A DNA stretch of 64,000 nucleotides from the human T2T-CHM13v2.0 reference genome, Homo sapiens. Position numbers and translations under genes: made by a program. Each line of letters begins with the position of its first letter. Positions within the stretch are counted from its first letter, which is position 1. The notes beneath the pieces are model-generated. The model did no database searches. It was not told the origin of the DNA and saw nothing but the letters and a program-made list of their open reading frames with translations. Positions 38,306-64,000 of this stretch are shown here, piece after piece. The DNA is taken from assembly GCF_009914755.1 (NCBI RefSeq), contig NC_060931.1. One strand, given 5' to 3'.

Positions 38306-41300
38306 GGCACGGAGCAGCTGATGCCCAAGGTCCAGCAGCCATGCTGGTGGGCTGGGGAGGCGCTCAGACTCCAAGCCAGGCAGGCCGTGGGTCCGGCCGC
38401 CCCACAGCTGGTAATGCTGCACCTCCCTCTCCTGTGATGTGGCCCCAGGCCCCGACCCCGCTCAGGGGTGGTGGGAAGAGTCCTGGAGAGCAGGAGCAGT
38501 GCCGGAGCCCCCACTGCAGCTGGTCCCAGCCCCTGCAGAGATCCAGACGCTTGTCTTTTAAATACAGCAGCTCTGCGGTGCTTTTCCTTCCTCAAATCCA
38601 GCCTTTGAGGGTGACTGAGTAGGGGACGGGTGCTGCAGCCTCTGCGGGGATTCCCTCCCCTCACCCTCCTGGCAGCCCCGGGGCGGCTCACTTCCTCTTC
38701 ACCATGAGCCCCCACCCCTTCCCTGGGGCTTACACCCTTGGCCTGGCACTGCCCTGGCCGCGCCCCTTGCAAGTTCCTGCTCTGGCCTGACCCTGCTTCC
38801 CCCGACCCCAGGGCTCCAGGTCCCCCTCCTGGTGCCTCTGCACCCCCCACTCTGCTCCAAGGAGACGACACACTGTGAAAAGTGCCTCTCTATGGGGGGG
38901 TGCCTTGCCCTCCCCCGTCGCTGCCCCCTCCAGAAGAGTGCTGACGTGCTGAATGGGCCTGCAGAGACCCCCTTACTCTAAGCCTGGCTGGGGGCTACCC
39001 TGGCCTTGGGGGCGGCTGGCAGGGCTGTGACCCCACCTTGGCCTTGGACGGTCCTGAGTCAGCAGAGCAGCTGCCTGGGGGGTGTGGACAGTGATGGGGA
39101 TGGCGGGAGGATGGAGGGCCCTCACCGTCACGTGGCCTGACCCCCGTCTGGGTGGCTGTGGTCCTCCCTGAGCACCCACCATGTGCCCACCCACTTCTCA
39201 TAGGACGGCATAGGCCCCTCTTCTGAACGAGGAAGCTGAGACTCTGGGGTGGGGCGGGGGGGTCGTGACGGAACAGGCTGCGGGCAGAGGCTGCTGGCCT
39301 CCTTCCTGCCCGGCTGACTCAGAGGCTTGGGGCCTTCTGCCCTGGCCCCGACGCTGTCCCCGCCTGCAGCTGGCATCGCCTCCCCACAGAGCTGGTGGGG
39401 CCCCGGGGGCAGAGGTGTGGCTGGACCCAGGGGTCGGACAGACCCATGGATACAGCTGTGGGGGCCCTGCCAGGGCTTGGGGAGTCCCCATTAATGTTCA
39501 TATGTCCCTGTGTGTGGAGCGGGGTGGGAGTGGGGGCTAAGTGGGCATCGGGGAGAGCAGAGGAGCAAGAAGTGGGGTGGGGAGGAAGCCCGGCTCCTCC
39601 CGAGGCCTCGACCTCTCCATCTGACAAATGGGAACAAAGGTAAATGCAGTCCCCGGGTGCTGGAGGTCAGGGGGTGTTTTGGAAGGTGCACAGGACAGCG
39701 CATCTGGCCCCTTCCTCTTCCAAGCTGAGGGAGGGACGTTTCTCTGCCCTCAAAAGGGGAAGCAGGCCCAGCAGTGTCTTAGGGGAATGAGGCAGCCTGA
39801 CCTCTTCCATCCACCGCCCCCCCACCCCCCAGAAGGTGACTCACCCGGCAGGGGAGGTGAAGTCATTCCTCCCCCAGGTACATTCTGGGGACAGCTGTGT
39901 CCCACCCACCAGTGGTGCCATCACATCAGATTAGAGGTCTGGTCAGAAAGGGGCCTGGCTGGTCCCTGGGGCTCCATGTCCCCCCAGTCTAGCCCAGCCA
40001 GGCCCCCTTTCCCAAACTTCTGATCATTAATGGGGCTTTCAAAACAAGTAAAACTGCAACCACAGGGGCTGCAGGGCGCTCAGCGAGGGTGGCAGACCTC
40101 AGCCGCCACCCCTGCTTCCGTTCTGCCAGGCGAGTGCCTGGGGAGCCCCAAGGCTGCTTGGGGTCTGGGAGGGGCTGCTAGGGTGGGGCGCCTCCCCACT
40201 CAGTTGAAAGGAACTTCCCTTCCACTGGGGCCATCAGGGCCAACTTCCTGGAAGAGGTGCCTCTGAGCTGAAGCAGGAAGGCTTTGTCAAGATGGAGTAG
40301 GGAGAGAAGGGGCCTTCCAGGTCTCAGCACAGCCTGGGCAAAGGTGCAGAGGTGGGATCCACTGGGAGGACTGGAAGCCTGGGAAGGAGGGCAGGCAATG
40401 CAGTTGGGTCTCTTGATCCCCCCTCCCCAATCACAGACAACTAGGGCTCTCCACAGGCTCAGAGGGGCCAGGGCCAGGCTGCTATGTGACTTCAGCCATT
40501 CTTGCCGGGTGGGCCTGGGGTCAGAGGGAAAGCAGGGACCAGGGCCAGATCCATCTTCGAGTCTGTCAGAACAATGGGCAAGTCTTGTTCCCTGCTGGGT
40601 CCGTGTGCCCACACAGCCTCAGCCTTCTTAGATATTCTGCAGGGTGACCCCCTGCTTCTGAGCCCAGCCCCACCTTCTGAGCCCAGAATTGGACACACAG
40701 GAAGGCCCTTGGGGCCAGGCGTGGTGGCTCACAGCCGGGCTGTGCCCTCTGCCTGGAGCCGCAGCCTGGATGCCTCCCACCCCACATTTAGGCTTCAGGC
40801 CCCACAGCTGCCTCTTCCCAGAACCCTCCCGGCACGCACTTCGGCGACTCTTACAAGTACCTGTTCAGCGTCAGCCTTCGCCCAGGAGTGCAGGCTGGGG
40901 ACGAGGGCAGTGGCCACCTCTGCCGGTCCTGTCAGCACCTAGTGCAATGTCCAGCCCACCGTGGGCACTCAACGCAGGCGGCTGTGCTGCCGCAGGTCAC
41001 AGCCCCAATCAGACACCCCCATCCCCACACACACCCTGCACCGGCCCACGCGGCCATCACACTCGGAGCACACGCGCTCCGATGTGGCTGCACTGTTGGC
41101 ACACGCACAGGCGCGCACACACCCACACGCACAGGCGCGCACGTGGGCGCACACACGCCGGGGCGCCCTGACCTCCCCGCACGCCCTCCCGCAGCCGCCC
41201 CGGCCTCTGTCCCCACGCGTGTCACACACGGCTGGGTGTGCTCGCTCACGCCGTCCCGCGACGTTGCTCCAGCCGGCGCCCGGAGCTCGATCGGGAGAGC

Positions 41301-41767
41301 TGCTGTTGGCCGCCTCTGCCTGCCAGCGTTTGCCAAGCGGTTTCCATGGTGACACATCTTGGCTCCGACAGGAACCAAGGAGTGTGGGGAAGAGGGTCCC
41401 CACGGAGGGGGCGAGGCGAGGCAGGAGGTCTCTGCGTCTTCAGGCTCCCGGCAGGCATGGGGGGCTCCACGAGTGCAGACACCCCCCAATCCCAAGCCAG
41501 GCTTGCACCCCGAGAAGGAGGCTCTGGGCTGGTCCCTCTGGGCTGCCTGGCACAGGGGCTGACTTAGGTCAGTCAGTCATTCAACAAACTTTCTGGAAGA
41601 GCCACTCTGTGCTCACAGCCGGGTCTACGATGCTGCCCAAGACGTGGTCTCGCAAGAGGCTCGGAGTCGAATCCTGAGGCTAAACTGACGTCCCGCCACC
41701 CTACTGAAGGCCCCATCTAGCAGGTTGGTCCGTGGCTGCGTAAGCACCAAGGCCCACCGAGCACTTT

Positions 41768-42271
41768 CTCAAAGGGGGGCTCCCCTCTGTGGTAGATCAG
41801 TTACAAACGTGTCCCCGATGCCCCACTCCTCCCTGAATCACCACGCCCTTTGCTGTGTGACTTTGCCCCAACTCCTGTCTAGAGGTGGCGTCTACTTCCC
41901 CATCCTTCAATCTGAGCCTGTCTTATGACTTGCTGTGGCCAATAAAAGGTGACAGCAATGACATTCCCAGCTCTGAGCTTAAGCCTCCAGGGACATGCGT
42001 GCCTCTGCCTGCTCTCCCCGACTCCTGCTATAGCACGAGAACGGGCTGGGCTGCTTTGCTGGAAGGCAAGAGGGCGATGGAGCCTGGGTCACCCTAGCTG
42101 AGGCCATCCTGGACTAGCTAGCTCCCAGCTGCCCACAGATGTGTGAGTGAGCCCAGCTAGGACTTGCCAGGCCTAGCAATGAGCAGCAGTACCACCAGGC
42201 CCTTTAATACTAAGGACATGTGAAGTCATGTGTTTGGAGCTATTTGTTACTCAGCACTAGCTACCTGATAC
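41768..42271 (+). mobile_element. MaLR (MLT1-type) solo LTR
   Basis: Starts TGTGGTAG, has GACTTGCTGTGGCCAATAAAA, ends TATTTGTTACTCAGCACTAGCTACCTGATAC. Confidence 0.7.
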
Positions 42272-42826
42272 CCCTCTCTCTAGGGCCCTGGCCAGCAGCT
42301 GCCCAACCTCAGTTAGCACAGGCCAGAGGCTCTAAAAGTTCCCAGGGGTGCTAAGAACCAGGCCATGGTGACAGCTGGATTCCGCTGGCTAACAGTGCCA
42401 GAGGGTGCCAGGGACAGAGCTTGTGGGAGGGGGTTCCCATGTCAAGTCCATGGCAGGAGCTACTGAAGCAGAAGCACGAGTCTCCACTGCCTTTCTTTGC
42501 CTCGGTTTTTCCCCCTGTGAAATGGGCCCATCACCCTGTCCTGTCTCTTGGGGACCCCTGGTAAGGTAGCGTGTGTGGCAGCTGGAAACAGACCTACTAC
42601 GTGCCAGCCCCGGGTTGCAACCTAGGGAGAGAGGCCCATTGCTGCCTTCTAGGTTCCCACAACTGAGAAGGCAGCGTCACTAATCCCAGCTTACAGACTG
42701 GAAACAGTGGGGAGAGGATGAGTGGCTTGCCCGAGGCCCAGGACACACAGGAGCAGGTGGGCATGGCCACAAGCCCCGGCTGGGTCTGAGCTGGTGGTTA
42801 TCTTCATGTTTTTCTCCCTGTGGTCA

Positions 42827-44994
42827 CCTTTTTGGAAATATTTTTTTTTTTTTTTTTTTTTTTTTTTACATTTGACTATTTTCTTGTTTATTGGTATTTC
42901 TTTGGGAGATTTTTTTTTTTTTTTTTTTTTTTGAGATGGAGTTTCGTTCTTTTTTTTTTTATTTTTTTTTTTTTTATTGATCATTCTTGGGTGTTTCTCG
43001 CAGAGGGGGATTTGGCAGGGTCACAGGACAATAGTGGAGGGAAGGTCAGCAGATAAACAAGTGAACAAAGGTCTCTGGTTTTCCTAGGCAGAGGTCCCTG
43101 CGGCCTTCCGCAGTGTTTGTGTCCCTGGGTACTTGAGATTAGGGAGTGGTGATGACTCTTAACGAGCATGCTGCCTTCAAGCATCTGTTTAACAAAGCAC
43201 ATCTTGCACCGCCCTTAATCCATTTAACCCTGAGTGGACACAGCACATGTTTCAGAGAGCACGGGGTTGGGGATAAGGTGACAGATCAACAGGATCCCAA
43301 GGCAGAAGAATTTTTCTTAGTACAGAACAAAATGAAAAGTCTCCCATGTCTACTTCTATCCACACAGACCCGGGAACCATCCGATTTCTCAATTTTTTCC
43401 CCACCCTTCCCGCCTTTCTATTCCACAAAACCGCCATTGTCATCATGGCCCATCCCCAATGAGCCGCTGGGCACACCTCCCAGACGGGGTTGTGGCCGGG
43501 CAGAGGGGCTCCTCACTTCCCAGTAGGGGCGGCCGGGCAGAAGCGCCCCTCACCTCCCGGACGGGGCGGCTGGCCGGGCGGGGGGCTGACCCCCCCACCT
43601 CCCTCCCGGACGGGGCGGCTGGCCGGGCAGAGGGGCTCCTCACTTCCCAGTAGGGGCGGCCGGGCAGAGGCGCCCCTCACCTCCTGGACAGGGCGGCTGG
43701 CCAGGCGGGGGGCTGATCCCCCCACCTCCCTCCCGGACGGGGCGGCTGGCCGGGCGGGGGGCTGACCCCCCACCTCCCTCCCGGACTGGGCGGCTGGCCG
43801 GGCGGGGGGCTGACCCCCCACCTCCCTCCCGGACGGGGCGGCTGGCCGGGCAGAGGGCTCCTCACTTCCCAGTAGGGGCGGCCGGGCAGAGGAGCCCCTC
43901 ACCTCCCGGACGGGGCGGCTGGCCCGGCGGGGGGCTGACCCCCCCCCACCTCCCTCCCGGACGGGGCGGCTGCCGGGCGGAGACGCTCCTCACTTCCCAG
44001 ACGGGGTGGCTGCCGGACGGAGGGGCTCCTCACTTCTCAGACGGGGCGGTTGCCAGGCAGAGGGTTTCCTCACTTCTCAGACGGGGCGGCCGGGCAGAGA
44101 CGCTCCTCACCTCCCAGACAGGGTTGCGGCCCAGCAGAGGCGCTCCTCACATCCCAGACAGGGCGGCGGGGCAGAGGCGCTCCCCACATCTCAGACGATG
44201 GGTGGCGGGGAAGAGGCGCTCCTCGCTTCCTAGATGGGATGGCGGCCGGGAAGAGGCGCTCCTCACTTCCTAGATGGGATGGCGGCCGGGCAGAGACGCT
44301 CCTCACTTTCCAGACTGGGCAGCCAGGCAGAGAGGCTCCTCATATCCCAGACGATGGGGGGCCAGGCAGAGACGCTCCTCACTTCCCACATGGGGTGGCG
44401 GCTGGGCAGAGGCTGCAATCTTGGCACTTTGGGGGGCCAAGGCAGGCAGCTGGGAGGTGGAGGTTGTAGCGAGCCGAGATCACGCCGCTGCACTCCAGCC
44501 TGGGCACCATTGAGCACTGAGTGAACGAGACTCCGTCTGCAATCCCAGCACCTCGGGAGGCCGAGGCTGGCGGATCACTCGCGGTTAGGAGCTGGAGACC
44601 AGCCCGGCCAACACAGCAAAACCCCGTCTCCACCAAAAAAAAAACGAAAACCAGTCAGGCGTGGCGGCGCGCGCCTGCAATCACAGGCACTCGGCAGGCT
44701 GAGGCAGGAGAATCAGGCAGGGAGGTTGCAGTGAGCCGAGATGGCAGCAGTACCGTCCAGCTTTGGCTTGGCATCAGAGGGAGACCGTGGAAGGAGACCG
44801 TGGAGAGAGAGGGAGACGGAGAGGGAGAGGGAGAGGGGGAGGGGGAGGGGGAGGGAGAGGGGGAGGGAGAGGGAGAGGGAGAGGGAGAGGCTGTGTGTCA
44901 GAGGTTTTCCTCGGAGTTTCGTTCTTGTTGCCCAGGCTGGAGTGCAATGGCACAGTCTTGGCTAATTGCAACCTCTCCCCTTTTTGGAAATATT
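42827..44994 (-). mobile_element. Composite retroposed unit: Alu fragment / SVA / Alu tail / unique 3' segment / poly(A), with outer 16-bp TSD
   Basis: CCTTTTTGGAAATATT at both 42827-42842 and 44979-44994. Confidence 0.85.
42952..44890 (-). mobile_element. Full-length SVA retrotransposon (probably a young subfamily, D-F)
   Basis: Poly(T), SINE-R (about 42980-43460), GC-rich VNTR (about 43470-44410), Alu-like region, (GGGAGA)n hexamers to 44890; TSD GGAGTTTCGTTCTT at 42938-42951 and 44913-44926. Confidence 0.97.
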
Positions 44995-45010
44995 GTACTT
45001 CCTGAGCTAA

Positions 45011-45796
<786 letters not shown>

Positions 45797-46344
45797 TGAG
45801 TCCAGTTTTCCTCCAGCACGAGGCCTGGCATTTAATTACCTGCTATCTTGTCAGCTGTTCAGTGTTCCTGGCCTTTGGATATTTCACCCAGCGTGTTTCA
45901 TTGTCTTCAGGGAAACGGCTGGTCCAGGCACCTAGCCTGCTGTCACCGGGAAGGGACATGTGCCCCGAGGCGGGGCTGATGTCACTGCTGCACCCTGGTG
46001 GGGCGCACCAGCCCACGGCTGTGCCACCCGGGAGGTGCCCTTTTGTTGGAGGGCATTTGCCAAAACCAGCAAACTTGGGTTCTCATTCTGTGGCCTTGAG
46101 GGGTCAGGGGGACAGAAGTCAGGGCCAGTCCTGCCCAAAATGGGGAGCATTATAGAAAACCCTTCCCACCTTAAGCTGAAAACCTAAAGGTCTACACTCT
46201 TAGGGTAAGAATGAAACGGAATTAGCCCTGCTCCCTCCACACGAAAGACACTTGGTGCTAAGAGAAGCAAAAAGAAAAAGTTCTTCAGAAGTTAGGGCTA
46301 CAGGTCTTCTCTAGCACAGATTTGAGGTGCTAGCACAGATTTGA

Positions 46345-47351
<1,007 letters not shown>

Positions 47352-47388
47352 TTAACTCAAAAAGGGTTAAAGAAAGACTTCAATGCCA

Positions 47389-47394
47389 TTTATT
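47389..47394 (-). terminator. BRAT1: BRAT1 polyadenylation signal AATAAA (ATTAAA also at 47417-47422)
   Basis: TTTATT on the + strand about 190 nt beyond the stop. Confidence 0.8.
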
Positions 47395-47584
47395 TTGAGT
47401 AGAAATAAGTCATTTCTTTAATACATCAAACTGTGGGATTTCTTGACCTTGCTTCTCTCCTGGTCCTGGCTTCCCCAGAGGATCCACCGGGCTGGGCTGG
47501 AGCCCTGGGGCTGGCAGTGTCCCACAGAAGGACATGGTGCTGCCTCCCTTGGTCCTGAGCCCCAGTGGCAGAGTCTGGTTCTGC

Positions 47585-64000
<16,416 letters not shown>

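Overview
This is human (or closely related great-ape) genomic DNA matching the LFNG-BRAT1 locus, recalled as 7p22.3. On the + strand is the complete LFNG gene (Lunatic Fringe, a Notch O-fucose beta-1,3-GlcNAc transferase): 8 coding exons at 29275-36625 that splice to 379 aa, a CpG-island promoter, two alternative upstream coding starts, an alternative MIR-derived last exon, and the tailed mirtron MIR4648 in the last intron. On the - strand, convergent with LFNG, are BRAT1 coding exons 2 (partial) to 14 at 47585-64000; the visible exons give 2441 nt, about 25 nt short of the recalled 821-aa CDS. The rest is non-coding: (CATC)n tracts, several minisatellites, about 30 Alus, MaLR LTRs, MER20 and L1/L2/MIR relics. 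Nearly all ORFs in the supplied track are artefacts of GC-rich or repeat sequence. I see no unknown protein-coding system. The most unusual structures are: (1) an SVA inside an Alu fragment, with a second outer TSD and its own transduced AATAAA and poly(A); (2) a 5' tRNA-Cys half inserted with a TSD into an Alu linker in a BRAT1 intron; (3) an 8x GATG allele that frameshifts the distal LFNG isoform; (4) repeated MIR/L2 exonisation in both genes.
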